40,000 nt of DNA from Sphingomonas sp. FARSPH (GTDB taxonomy: Bacteria > Pseudomonadota > Alphaproteobacteria > Sphingomonadales > Sphingomonadaceae), in contig NZ_CP029987.1 of the NCBI RefSeq assembly GCF_003355005.1, positions 13,377 through 53,376 of the forward strand. Reading direction: 5' to 3'. The position numbers and the translations under genes are program-made. The notes beneath the pieces were generated by a model. The model made no database searches. It had not been told where the DNA came from and saw nothing but the letters and a program-made list of their open reading frames with translations. Positions 26,243 through 35,605 of the stretch are shown here, one piece after another. Within the stretch, counting starts at the first letter, position 1, and every line of letters starts with the position of its first letter.

Positions 26243-26971
26243 ATGGGCATAGAGACGATTCTACCCAAATCGCTCATTAAACCATTCCGAGAGGTGCGCT
26301 CATGGTTGAGAAATCGTAGACTTGGCAATACTAATAAAGATATATTTGAGGCTATATACGCCCAGAAAATTTGGGGCGGTGAGACTGAAGGCAAGCCGTA
26401 TTCGGGTATCGGCACCTATGATCCATCAGTACCAGGATATATCAATCTTGTTCGGCGCCTGATCGATGAGCATAATGTACAATCAATAGTCGAGATAGGA
26501 TGCGGTGACTTCACAATTGGCGCTCAATATGCAAATCTAGTTCATCATTATCTCGGTGTTGATGTCGCCGAATCCGTGATTATTCACAACAGGCGGGAAT
26601 ACGAGCGCGATGGCATCTCATTTCTATGTGCAGATGCAGGTGAAACTCCACTGCCGCCCGCAGATCTGTGTTTAATTAGGCAGGTACTGCAACACCTTAG
26701 CAATGCCGATATTAGCCGCATCCTCGATCAAACTTCGGCGCATAAACTGGTGCTGATAACGGAGCACCTGCCGCCGGAAGACGCTGTTAGCACCTACAAT
26801 CGGGACAAGCGCTCTGGTCCGGACACCCGGCTACCATTGCTGTCTGGCGTGTACATCGACAAGCCGCCTTTTAACCGTACAGGAAAAGTCGTCTTCGAAC
26901 ATCTAGTAACGGAGCAACAGGCCAGCCTGCCCGGAGAGGTTCTTCGTTCGACGTTACTCATGAACGACTAG
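26243..26971 (+). CDS. Class I SAM-dependent methyltransferase
   Basis: An AGGAG RBS lies upstream. Motif I is IVEIGCGDFTIGAQY. The acidic loop YLGVDVAES and the post-II block LCLIRQVLQHL are present. Confidence 0.8.
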   Translation: MGIETILPKSLIKPFREVRSWLRNRRLGNTNKDIFEAIYAQKIWGGETEGKPYSGIGTYDPSVPGYINLVRRLIDEHNVQSIVEIGCGDFTIGAQYANLVHHYLGVDVAESVIIHNRREYERDGISFLCADAGETPLPPADLCLIRQVLQHLSNADISRILDQTSAHKLVLITEHLPPEDAVSTYNRDKRSGPDTRLPLLSGVYIDKPPFNRTGKVVFEHLVTEQQASLPGEVLRSTLLMND

Positions 26972-28345
26972 GGTCAGGACCCATCGATGTGAGCGTCGCG
27001 AATCTGATTCAGGCTCCGCGAGGAGACTGGGATGAACGACCTTCTGTGGACGCCCCTTCGGATGCAAGCGGTAAATCGGGGTAGATCGGCACGCAGTCGG
27101 ATGCAGTCATCTGTCCGGTCTCGATGAGCAGCGCCATAGCTGCGGCCAGTATGGGAGTTCGCGGACCGGAACCACATCAGCTTTCCGCGCTTGGGTAGCG
27201 CTCGGCCATTCCCTGGTTCTTCCGGCCCCGTCTCGCCGACCGTTGTGCCATACCCGCCTACGTCCCCGACGCCTCTGGCCGCCGTTCCGGCTTATGCCGC
27301 GACCGCTGCCGGAGCCTGTAATCCTCGCTCTTGGTCATGAGCGCCAACGCCGTGCGCGCCATCCTGTTGGCCAGCGCCACTGACACGAGCATACGCGGTT
27401 TGCGTGCCAGCATCCACTCAAGCCACGAGCCTGCCGGCGCCCCCCGCGCACAGCCGCCTGTCTGACGACCGAGCTGCCGCCGATGATGAGCAAGCGCCGG
27501 ATGGTGCGTTCTCCCATCTTCGAGATCCGGCCAAGTTTCTGCTTGCCTCCCGCCGAGTGCTGGAGCGGCGCGAGGCCGAGCCAGGCGGCGAAATCGCGGC
27601 CCTTGGGGAAGGTCTCGACCGGCGGCGCGAGAGCGACGATCGCGGTGGCAGCAATCGGGCCGATGCCGGGGATGGTCATCAGCCGGCGCGCTACCTCATC
27701 CTCGCGGGCCCGCTTGGCGATCTCCTTGTCGAGGTCGGCGATACGGTTATCGAGTCCGGCGAGCATGTCGGCCATGACGCGCAGCATGGCCAGCGCCGCC
27801 TCGGGTAGCGACGATGCCATCTCCTCCTCGTTGAGGAGGTCGGCCAGCACTGTGACCTGTGCCAAGCCGCGCGGTACAACCCAGCCGAATTCGGCGAGGT
27901 GACCACGCAATGCGTTGACCCGTTGCATGCGCTGCCGAACCACGAGATCGCGGGTGCGGAACACCATGCCGGCCGCCTGCTGCTTCTCGTTCTTGATCGC
28001 CACGAAGCGCATGCCCGGACGCTGCACCGCCTCGCAGATCGCCTCGGCATCGACCGCGTCATCCTTGTGCCGTTTCACGAACGGCTTCACGTAAGCTGGC
28101 GGGATCAGCCGCACTCATAGCCCATCTGCATCAGCTCGCGCGCCCAGTGGTGCGCGCCACTGCATGCCTCCATCGCGACCAGGCATCTCGGCTGCTTCAC
28201 GAAGAAGTCGAGCAGCTTCGCCCGGCTCAGCTTGCGGCTGAACACCATGGTGCCACGCTCGTCGGCGCCGTGCGCATGAAAAACGGTCTTCGCGATATCC
28301 AGCCCAATTGTGGTAGCTTGCGACACGGACGCCTCCCTCAGTGGT
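26972..28345 (-). mobile_element. IS110-family insertion sequence, degenerate copy (boundaries approximate)
   Basis: It contains the frameshifted transposase at 27258-28326 plus about 285 nt of non-coding sequence 3' of it. GC is host-like (about 70% in sampled lines) inside a low-GC locus. The distal end abuts the methyltransferase stop codon. Confidence 0.65.
27258..28326 (-). pseudogene. IS110-family (DEDD) transposase with two frameshifts
   Basis: GTG at 28326 follows a GGGAGG RBS. The N-terminal part reads IGLDIAKTVFHAHGADERG...CLVAMEACSGAHHWARELMQMGYE. After a 1-nt shift near 28113-28118 it continues VRLIPPAYVKPFVKRHKDDAVDAEAICEA...MTIPGIGPIAATAIVA...GRISKMGERTIRRLLIIG. A second shift falls in the C6 run at 27440-27445. 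After it, the alternate frame restores ...GAPAGSWLEWMLARKPRMLVSVALANRMARTALALMTKSEDYR, with the stop at 27258. Confidence 0.8.
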
Positions 28346-28402
28346 GCTTCAACACCTCCACTCTGGCACGTCGATGCCGTCGGGGAGCGTCCACCCCATC
28401 AG

Positions 28403-29180
28403 TTATGGCTGACGGACGATCAGATGGAGCGGCTGCGGCCGTTCTTTCGCAAGAGCCGTGGCAAGCCTCGGGTGGATGACCTGCGGGTGCTGAGCGGCAT
28501 CGTCTTCGTCAACCGCAACGGGCTGCGCTGGCGAGATGCTCCGAGCGCTTATGGCCCCCATAAGACGCTGTACAATCGGTGGAAGCGCTGGGGCGAGCGA
28601 GGCGTGTTCACGCGCATGATGGAGGGGCTGGCTGCGGGCAATGCCGAACCCAAGACCGTCGTGATCGACGCGACCTACTTGAAGGCGCACCGCACGGCTT
28701 CGAGCTTGCGGGTAAAAAAGGGGATTTCGGGCGCCTGATCGGACGCACCAAAGGTGGCATGAACACCAAGCTCCATGCCGTCGCCGATGCAAACGGACGC
28801 CCCTTGAACTTCTTCATGACCGCCGGGCAAATCAGCGACTACACTGGCGCGGCAGCGCTGCTGGACGAGCGCCAGAAGCGCAGTGGCTGCTCGGCGACCG
28901 CGGCTACGACGCGGATTGGTTCAGGGACGCTCTTCAGGCCAAGGGCATCCAGCCCCGAATCCCGGGCCGGCGATCACGCAATAAGCCGGTCAAATACGAC
29001 AAGCGCCGCTACCGGCGCCGCAGCCACATTGAGATCATGTTCGGCTGCCTCAAGGACTTCCGCCGCATTGCCACCCGCTACGATAAGCTCGCTGCCAACT
29101 TCCTCTCAGGCGCCGCTCTCGCCACCGCCTTGGCATTTTGGTCATCGTGTAATTTGTGGCTGCTTCCCCGGGCCGACTGA
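28403..29180 (+). pseudogene. IS5-family (IS427-group-like) transposase with an orfA/orfB frameshift site, an extra inactivating frameshift and no identifiable start
   Basis: orfA reads LWLTDDQMERLRPFFRKSRGKPRVDDLRVLSGIVFVNRNGLRWRDAPSAYGPHKTLYNRWKRW...IDATYLKAHRTA. After the A-AAA-AAG site it continues KKGDFGRLIGRTKGGMNTKLHAVADANGRPL. A 1-nt loss near 28870 follows. The alternate frame then gives AQWLLGDRGYDADWFRDALQAKGIQPRIPGRRSRNKPVKYDKRRYRRRSHIEIMFGCLKDFRRIATRYDK. Confidence 0.8.
28714..28720 (+). other. Slippery heptamer A AAA AAG (programmed -1 ribosomal frameshift site of the IS5-family element)
   Basis: In the orfA frame the codons are GTA AAA AAG GGG. A -1 slip gives AAA AAA GGG GAT..., which equals the KKGDFGRLIGRTKGG continuation found in the orfB frame. 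Confidence 0.7.
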
Positions 29181-29213
29181 GCGGCGCACCTTCTGGTTGT
29201 CGGACCTGAAGGT

Positions 29214-30209
29214 ATGAAGCACTATGCCGGAATAGACCTGTCGATGGAAACGTCGCACGTCTGCATTGTCGATGCCGAAGGGCGCAAGGTCGCAGCGCAA
29301 CGCGTGGACAGCACGCCGGAAGCGATCGCCACGCTTCTGCCCGTGGACCGCGTGGTGATCGAGACCGACCGGATGACGCCATGGGTTGCGCGTGGCCTGC
29401 ACGAGCTGGGCGTCGCGATCGTGTGCATCGATGCGCGCCAGGCCCACCGGAGCCTCAAGGTGATGAAGGCGAACAAGACTGATCCGCATGATGCGGCGGG
29501 CCTCGCACAGTTGGCCCGGACCGGCTTCTACAAGGAGGTGCACGTCAAATCACCGACGTCGCATGGGGTGCGCTCGGTGATCACCGCCCGCACGCATCTG
29601 GTCGAAGCACGTGTCCGGCTTGACAACACCATCCGCGGCCTCTGCGCCACCTTCGGGATCAGGCCGGGGACTGGCCAGGGCGAGCGGTTCCTCGCGCAGG
29701 TGCAGGCCGCCATCGCCATCCCGGGTCTCGGTGAGGCGGTGGCCTCGCTGCTCCGGGCGCGGAACGGCCTGGTTGACGAGATCCGTCGGATGGATCGCGA
29801 GCTCAAGGCGATCAGCATCGCCTCTCCGGCCTGTCAGGCCCTGATGACCATCCTGGGCATCGGCGTGCAGACCTCGGCTGCGTTCGCTGCCGCCATCGAT
29901 GAGGCGGGCCGGTTCAAGCGGTCGCGCACGGCTGGTGCCTACTGTGGCCTCGTCCCGCGTCGGCACCAGTCTGGCGAACTCGACTGGACGGGCCGGATCA
30001 CCAAGCATGGCGACGGCACCGTCCGCACGCTGCTCTACGAAGCGGCCAACTCGATCCTGACGCGCACGCGCCAGACCTTCGCACTGAAGACCTGGGCGCT
30101 GAAGACCGTCAAGCGACGCGGTCTCAAGAAGGCCCAGGTCGCGCTCGCCCGTCGCCTCGCCGTCATCATGCACGCCATGTTGCGCGAGGGCACCTTGCTC
30201 GAGGCCTGA
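29214..30209 (+). CDS. IS110-family transposase (DEDD/RuvC-like N-domain plus C-terminal Tnp domain), apparently intact
   Basis: 331 aa. The N-terminus is MKHYAGIDLSMETSHVCIVDAEGR...VIETDRMTPWVARGL. Further blocks are NKTDPHDAAGLAQLARTG and LMTILGIGVQTSAAFAAAIDEAGRFKRSRTAGAYCGLVPRRHQSGE...GRITKHGDGTVRTLLYEAA. These are IS110-family signatures. Confidence 0.9.
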   Translation: MKHYAGIDLSMETSHVCIVDAEGRKVAAQRVDSTPEAIATLLPVDRVVIETDRMTPWVARGLHELGVAIVCIDARQAHRSLKVMKANKTDPHDAAGLAQLARTGFYKEVHVKSPTSHGVRSVITARTHLVEARVRLDNTIRGLCATFGIRPGTGQGERFLAQVQAAIAIPGLGEAVASLLRARNGLVDEIRRMDRELKAISIASPACQALMTILGIGVQTSAAFAAAIDEAGRFKRSRTAGAYCGLVPRRHQSGELDWTGRITKHGDGTVRTLLYEAANSILTRTRQTFALKTWALKTVKRRGLKKAQVALARRLAVIMHAMLREGTLLEA

Positions 30210-30463
30210 AAAGAGGTAAGCTCCCCTCGCCAGCGGTAATGCTCTCCAGCTGACCCGATGGCGGTGTCCCGCGAAGGAACGCAAGGACGGACGATCTGCG
30301 AAGGTTATCAGATGAGCTGCCAAGCCCGCTTCGAGGCAGTGCAACGTTCGGCCTTGTGAGACCCGATACAGCACCACCGACCGACAGGCCGCGAGTGCGG
30401 ACAGATCCTTGAGGCCCTCAAGGGACAACCGCCGAGCGGACGCAAATTACAGATCCTGACCCT
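30210..30463 (+). ncRNA. Candidate IS110/IS1111-type guide RNA (bridge RNA / seekRNA) in the long 3' non-coding flank of the intact transposase
   Basis: About 250 nt with no credible ORF directly follow the transposase stop, while the 5' flank is at most about 60 nt. There is a hairpin ccttga-ggccc-tcaagg at 30407-30423. The 9-mer acagatcct occurs at 30401 and again at 30449, next to the putative terminus tcctgaccct. The function is inferred only from published IS110-family biology. Confidence 0.3.
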
Positions 30464-30746
30464 GAAAGGCTCGCTAGCCGGCTTAGCACGTTCGCCTGAT
30501 AACATGAGATGCGCGGATATCGGGGGGCCGCCCTAATGGCACATGATCCCGATCGACAGCGACGCAATACCATTGCACGCCCACAGTCCGCCGGTATATC
30601 GATCGGATCAGATTACCTCGCACGCCTGCGGAAATACGTATCCTCATCCTGTTAACTTAATGCGTTCGATCGCCTCCCATTGTACGGTGAAAAACCGCTT
30701 ACAGTAGAGATGCTATGTCGATAGCAGTGAAGAAGGTTTGCCTGCA

Positions 30747-31811
30747 ATGAAAAAGAATGTTGCGCTCATCACCGGCGTTACCGGTCAAGATGGCGCGTAT
30801 CTTGCTCAAATGCTCCTCGAGAAGGGTTACGAAGTTCATGGTGTAAAAAGACGCTCATCTTCATTCAACACGGGCCGTATCGAGGATATTTATCAAGATC
30901 CTCACAGCGAGCACTCGCGCTTTCATCTCCATTATGGAGACATGACCGACAGCACAAACTTGATACGCATAATACAGCAAACCAAGCCGACGGAAATTTA
31001 CAACCTTGCCGCGCAAAGTCACGTCGCCGTGAGCTTCGAAACGCCGGAATATACGGCAAACTCGGACGCACTAGGCGCACTTCGTCTACTCGAAGCTATC
31101 CGTATCTTGGGTATGGTCGAAACCTGTCGCTTTTACCAAGCTTCGACATCCGAACTTTATGGTCTTGTGCAAGAAGTGCCGCAGCGTGAAACTACGCCGT
31201 TCTACCCTCGCTCACCATACGCAGCCGCCAAACTATATGCCTATTGGATCGTCGTAAACTATCGTGAAGCCTATGGCATGCATGCCTCCAACGGTATCCT
31301 GTTCAATCACGAAAGCCCGCTACGCGGCGAAACGTTTGTAACGCGGAAAATTACCCGTGCAGCGGCCGCGATCTCGCTCAATCGTCAAGACAAGTTGTTT
31401 CTGGGCAATCTCGACGCCAAGCGCGATTGGGGCCATGCTCGCGAATATGTCCGCGGTATGTGGTTGATGTTGCAGCAGGATAAGGCCGATGACTATGTTC
31501 TCGCTACGGGCGAAACCACGCCGGTACGAACGTTCGTCGAATGGGCATTCGAAGACGTTGGCCTGAAGTTACGCTGGGAAGGCACCGGAGCCGATGAAAA
31601 AGGCTATTGCAGCGAAACCGGGCGCTGCCTGGTCGAAATCGATCCTCGGTATTTCCGTCCCACAGAAGTCGAATTGCTTATCGGTGATCCAACCAAGGCT
31701 TATAACCAGCTTGGCTGGCGCCATGAAACCTCGGTTCGTGATCTGTGTAGGGAGATGGTCCGAAACGACCTCATCCTGATGCGCGATGCACCGATCGGCA
31801 AGGGTGCCTGA
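30747..31811 (+). CDS. gmd: GDP-mannose 4,6-dehydratase
   Basis: ATG at 30747; the track ORF begins at TTG 30738. [91 protein letters not shown] and [20 protein letters not shown] are canonical Gmd blocks. Confidence 0.95.
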   Translation: MKKNVALITGVTGQDGAYLAQMLLEKGYEVHGVKRRSSSFNTGRIEDIYQDPHSEHSRFHLHYGDMTDSTNLIRIIQQTKPTEIYNLAAQSHVAVSFETPEYTANSDALGALRLLEAIRILGMVETCRFYQASTSELYGLVQEVPQRETTPFYPRSPYAAAKLYAYWIVVNYREAYGMHASNGILFNHESPLRGETFVTRKITRAAAAISLNRQDKLFLGNLDAKRDWGHAREYVRGMWLMLQQDKADDYVLATGETTPVRTFVEWAFEDVGLKLRWEGTGADEKGYCSETGRCLVEIDPRYFRPTEVELLIGDPTKAYNQLGWRHETSVRDLCREMVRNDLILMRDAPIGKGA

Positions 31812-31895
31812 CCAGCCTTCTTCTGAATTCCCCGACGGCATCGGTCCCGTCGGGGGAATTACTCGTGCTGATGCCGAAAGGGAAAGTTTTAGACG

Positions 31896-32828
31896 ATGTG
31901 GGATTTTACGGGTAAACGCGTGTGGGTCGCTGGACATCGTGGCATGCTCGGTGGAGCGATTTCCCGTCGGCTGGCGTCAGAACAATGCGACGTGGTCACA
32001 GTCGCTCGCGATGAACTTGACCTGATGGATCAGCGCGCTGTTCGCCAATGGCTGGCGACTGCTAAGATCGACGGTATCTTTGTTGCCGCCGCCAAGGTCG
32101 GTGGCATTCTGGCAAACGCCACCTATCCAGTCGATTTCCTTTATAACAATCTAATGATCGAAGCAAATATCATCGAAGCAGCCCATCGTGCCGATGTAAA
32201 TCGCCTTTGCTTCCTTGGTTCATCTTGCATTTACCCGAAGTTCGCGGAACAACCTATCGTTGAAGAAAGCCTCCTCACCGGTTCGCTCGAACCTACAAAC
32301 GAAGCTTATGCGATCGCTAAAATCGCCGGAATCAAGCTGGCCGAAGCCTATCGCAAGCAATATGCTCGCGACTATATTTCAGCTATGCCTACTAATCTAT
32401 ACGGTCCCGGCGATAATTTCGATCTTAATTCCAGTCACGTTCTTCCTGCGCTGATCAGAAAGGCTCATGAGGCGAAGACAAATCGTGATGCTAAAATGAT
32501 GATATGGGGAACTGGGTCACCCATGAGAGAATTCATGTTTGTCGATGACTGCGCCGACGCATGTATCTTTCTAATGAAAAATTATTCTGCTAATATGCAC
32601 ATTAACGTCGGATCTGGTGAAGATATAACAATCTACGACGTTGCACGACTGGTCTGCAACGTCGTTGGGTTCACCGGTGAAATCGAGCGCGACATCACGA
32701 AGCCTGATGGTACCCCCCGGAAGTTGATGTCAGCGGAAAAACTGCGTGCCATGGGTTGGGCGCCAAAAGTAGATTTGTCTACCGGCGTCGCTGCCACATA
32801 CGAGTGGTTCCTAGCCAATAAGCTCTGA
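31896..32828 (+). CDS. fcl: GDP-L-fucose synthase (GDP-4-keto-6-deoxymannose 3,5-epimerase/4-reductase)
   Basis: RVWVAGHRGMLGGAI, AAAKVGGILAN..YPVDFLYNNLMIE.N, FLGSSCIYPK, EPTNEAYAIAKIAG, AMPTNLYGPGDNF, SHVLPALIRK and PDGTPRKL are canonical Fcl/WcaG blocks. Confidence 0.95.
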   Translation: MWDFTGKRVWVAGHRGMLGGAISRRLASEQCDVVTVARDELDLMDQRAVRQWLATAKIDGIFVAAAKVGGILANATYPVDFLYNNLMIEANIIEAAHRADVNRLCFLGSSCIYPKFAEQPIVEESLLTGSLEPTNEAYAIAKIAGIKLAEAYRKQYARDYISAMPTNLYGPGDNFDLNSSHVLPALIRKAHEAKTNRDAKMMIWGTGSPMREFMFVDDCADACIFLMKNYSANMHINVGSGEDITIYDVARLVCNVVGFTGEIERDITKPDGTPRKLMSAEKLRAMGWAPKVDLSTGVAATYEWFLANKL

Positions 32829-32832
32829 CGAT

Positions 32833-34083
32833 ATGCGAATCCTTTTTTTCGGACTCAACTTTGAACCGGAACCTATTGGTATAGGTCCCTATTCGACCGG
32901 CCTGTGTCGAGGTTTGGAGGAGCGTGGCCACAGTGTAACCGCGATTACCGGGAAGCCTTATTATCCAAACTGGAGAAAACCCGAAGGCACCTCAGCTGGG
33001 TGGACCCGGGACACGATAGCAGAGATCAATATCATACGTTGTCCGCTTTATGTCCCAGAGAACCCGTCTGGCAAATCACGCTTGCTCCATCATGCGTCTT
33101 TCGCTATTTCGGCGAGCGCGCCGATGGTAGCAATGGCCCGCCGCTTTCAACCCGATCTGGTATTTTCGGTGGCCCCCTCGCTCGCCTCAGCACCAGTTGG
33201 CCGGTTGGCCGCGAAAATCGCCGGCGCCATGAGTTGGCTGCATGTCCAAGATTTTGAGGTAGAGGCGGCGTTCAAGACCGGTCTGCTCGACCCTACATCT
33301 GGTGTTGGCGGGGCTGTGCGTAAGGTAGAACGACGCCTGCTTGATGGGTTCGACGTATATAGCAGCATCAGTCGCGAGATGTGTGATCGATTAGCTCAGA
33401 GCGGTGTCGCGCCAGATCGCATCGTCGAATTTCGTAATTGGGCAAATGTGCTGCCTACAGTATCAAATAATACTCTTCGCAACGCATGGAACGTTACGAC
33501 TCCGCATGTAGCATTATACTCCGGAAATATTGCCAATAAGCAAGGTGTAGAAATCATTGTCGAAGCCGCTAAAAGACTGCGCGAACGACGCGACTTGACG
33601 TTCATTGTCTGTGGAAATGGCCCATATCGTGCAAATCTGATTGCTCTGGCTGAAGGATTGCCCAATATCCAATTTCATGACCTGCAGCCGACGGAACGCC
33701 TCCACGAACTTCTCGCGCTGGCTACCGTCCATCTGCTTCCGCAGAAAGCAGAGGCCGTCGGTCTTGTGCTACCCTCGAAACTGACCAATATGCTTGCTTC
33801 AGGCCGTCCAGTAGTGGTGACGGCACCGCAGGACTCCAGCCTTGCGCACGAAGTGGAAGGGTGTGGTATTGCGACACCACCCGGAGATGGGGCTTCATTT
33901 GCGACAGCCATTTCGACAATTATAGATGATCATCAGATGTGTAAGGATATGGGCGCTCGCGCGATAAAGCGCGTCCGAGAACGCTGGCATCGCGAAACCA
34001 TCCTGGATCGGGTCGAACATGAAATGGAAGTCCGGCTTGAAGCCCGCCGGGCATCCAGAATCGAATGTCTCCTTGAGCCGTGA
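32833..34083 (+). CDS. wcaI: WcaI-like glycosyltransferase (GT4)
   Basis: MRILFFGLNFEPEPIGIGPYSTGLCRGLEERGHSVTAITGKPYYPNW parallels the WcaI N-terminus (ILVYGINYSPELTGIGKYTGEM...VITAPPYYPQW). The C-domain reads LLPQKAEAVGLVLPSKLTNMLASGRPVV. Confidence 0.85.
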   Translation: MRILFFGLNFEPEPIGIGPYSTGLCRGLEERGHSVTAITGKPYYPNWRKPEGTSAGWTRDTIAEINIIRCPLYVPENPSGKSRLLHHASFAISASAPMVAMARRFQPDLVFSVAPSLASAPVGRLAAKIAGAMSWLHVQDFEVEAAFKTGLLDPTSGVGGAVRKVERRLLDGFDVYSSISREMCDRLAQSGVAPDRIVEFRNWANVLPTVSNNTLRNAWNVTTPHVALYSGNIANKQGVEIIVEAAKRLRERRDLTFIVCGNGPYRANLIALAEGLPNIQFHDLQPTERLHELLALATVHLLPQKAEAVGLVLPSKLTNMLASGRPVVVTAPQDSSLAHEVEGCGIATPPGDGASFATAISTIIDDHQMCKDMGARAIKRVRERWHRETILDRVEHEMEVRLEARRASRIECLLEP

Positions 34084-34162
34084 CCCAAGGTAGCACAACT
34101 ACCCAACTTCTGTTCACTGGCTGCATTTATCTTCTCGGCGCAGTTTTATAAGAAGATTATGG

Positions 34163-35527
34163 ATGTCCAGAACATTGACCCGTTCCAGTGTGTCGTTTTT
34201 GTTCTTTTGCCTATTCCTTGGCCTTTGTGCCATTGGTGGAGGATCGTCTTGGCCCCAGTCTGCATCCCTACTCTATCTTCGTCCGGCCGCAATTATTGCA
34301 GCATGTGTCCCGATCGCGATCAGGACCGTGCGCTGGGACGAAGTGCGGCCCGTTCTTCTTTCTTTGATCGCAGCTGCCATTGTAACAGCACTTCAACTGG
34401 TTCCCCTTCCTCCCGGAATCTGGCAAGCTCTTCCTGGTCATGCGCCATATAGTGCGGCAGGTGTTCTGATCGGACAGCCTAATATCTGGCGGCCTATCTC
34501 AGTTAGCCCGGACCAAACTTGGAATGCCTTGATTGCGTTAGGAGTTCCTCTGTCCGCAGTCATTGGCTTTGCAGGAATTAGGGTTTCTGAGCAAAATCGA
34601 CTTGTTCCAGCTTTAATTCTTATTTCTTTGGCAAGCGGATTCCTAGGAGTCCTGCAGATCATTGGCGGCGAGCAGAGCATTGCTTACTTTCATGCCCATG
34701 CCTCGCGCGATTTGCCGGTAGGCCTATTCACCAACCACAATCATCAGGCACTGATGCTGGTTCTAACGTTTCCTTTACTCGGGACGTGGGCCACGATCTC
34801 ATCACTAGGTGGGCATCGCTCCACGACAAGGCGACTAATGATCGCCGGTGGACTTGTACCGATTATCCTCCCGCTGATTCTGATTACGGGATCGCGCGCC
34901 GGCAGCGCCCTTGCGCTACCGGCCTTGATACTTGGAATACTCCTATCGCCGATGCGACTGTCATGGCGTGACAGACGCGCCTGGATAGTAATATTGGGCT
35001 CGATCGTCGTTGTTAGCTTGCTGATAATAGTAACAGTGGTTTCCGGTCGCGCCGTAGCGCTTGCTCGTCTCGCGGGTATGGTGGGTTCAGAATCCGATCT
35101 TCGATTACGAGCGCTGCCGACAATACTCACGATCACCCGCGATTTTTTTCCATTTGGCTTCGGCCTTGGCGCGTTCGATCCGGTCTTTCGTCAGTATGAG
35201 CCCGACGTACTGCTCAAACTAACCTTCTACAATCACGCCCATAGCGATCCGCTGGAGGTATTGATGGCAGGAGGTATCGCAGCTTTCGCCGTCCTTATCG
35301 TTTTTTTCGCATGGTGGGTCCGCACAGCTTGGCTGCTGGTGGCGGCCTCTGAGGGCCAATCTGACGTGGCATACGGCCGGCTCGGGGTTGCGACCACCAC
35401 GTTGCTGATGATCGCTAGCGTGATCGACTATCCGTTACGTACACCGCTCTTGGGCGTCGTTATGGTGATTGGACTGGGATGGATGGCTCGGTGGCGCTCA
35501 ATCTCCGATCGTCAGCCGCCCCGTTAA
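34163..35527 (+). CDS. wzy: Second O-antigen ligase/polymerase-family membrane protein (Wzy/ExoQ-like)
   Basis: 454 aa and polytopic. LILITGSRAGSALALPALIL is Wzy_C-like. FPFGFGLGAFDPVF...HAHSDPLEVLMAGG forms the periplasmic-loop motif. Confidence 0.8.
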   Translation: MSRTLTRSSVSFLFFCLFLGLCAIGGGSSWPQSASLLYLRPAAIIAACVPIAIRTVRWDEVRPVLLSLIAAAIVTALQLVPLPPGIWQALPGHAPYSAAGVLIGQPNIWRPISVSPDQTWNALIALGVPLSAVIGFAGIRVSEQNRLVPALILISLASGFLGVLQIIGGEQSIAYFHAHASRDLPVGLFTNHNHQALMLVLTFPLLGTWATISSLGGHRSTTRRLMIAGGLVPIILPLILITGSRAGSALALPALILGILLSPMRLSWRDRRAWIVILGSIVVVSLLIIVTVVSGRAVALARLAGMVGSESDLRLRALPTILTITRDFFPFGFGLGAFDPVFRQYEPDVLLKLTFYNHAHSDPLEVLMAGGIAAFAVLIVFFAWWVRTAWLLVAASEGQSDVAYGRLGVATTTLLMIASVIDYPLRTPLLGVVMVIGLGWMARWRSISDRQPPR

Positions 35528-35605
35528 CGTTGCCACCTTCCGGGCCTTACGCTAACACGCTTCAGGATAGACGCCCCTTAATGTGTAGCTTGGATTGTGC
35601 CCCTC

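Noticed and set aside
28327-29213. The hypothesis that the two IS110-family elements inserted symmetrically into the two terminal inverted repeats of the IS5 element (IS4321/IS5075-style targeting)
   Set aside because: The junction sequences 28327-28400 and the reverse complement of 29140-29213 show no similarity to each other. The two IS110-family proteins are clearly different subfamilies. The IS5 left end appears to be missing rather than interrupted.
30464-30746. A JUMPStart/ops (GGCGGTAG) antitermination element upstream of gmd
   Set aside because: Only a poor near-match (gccggtat, about 30589) is present. RfaH/ops control is an enterobacterial feature and cannot be assumed here.
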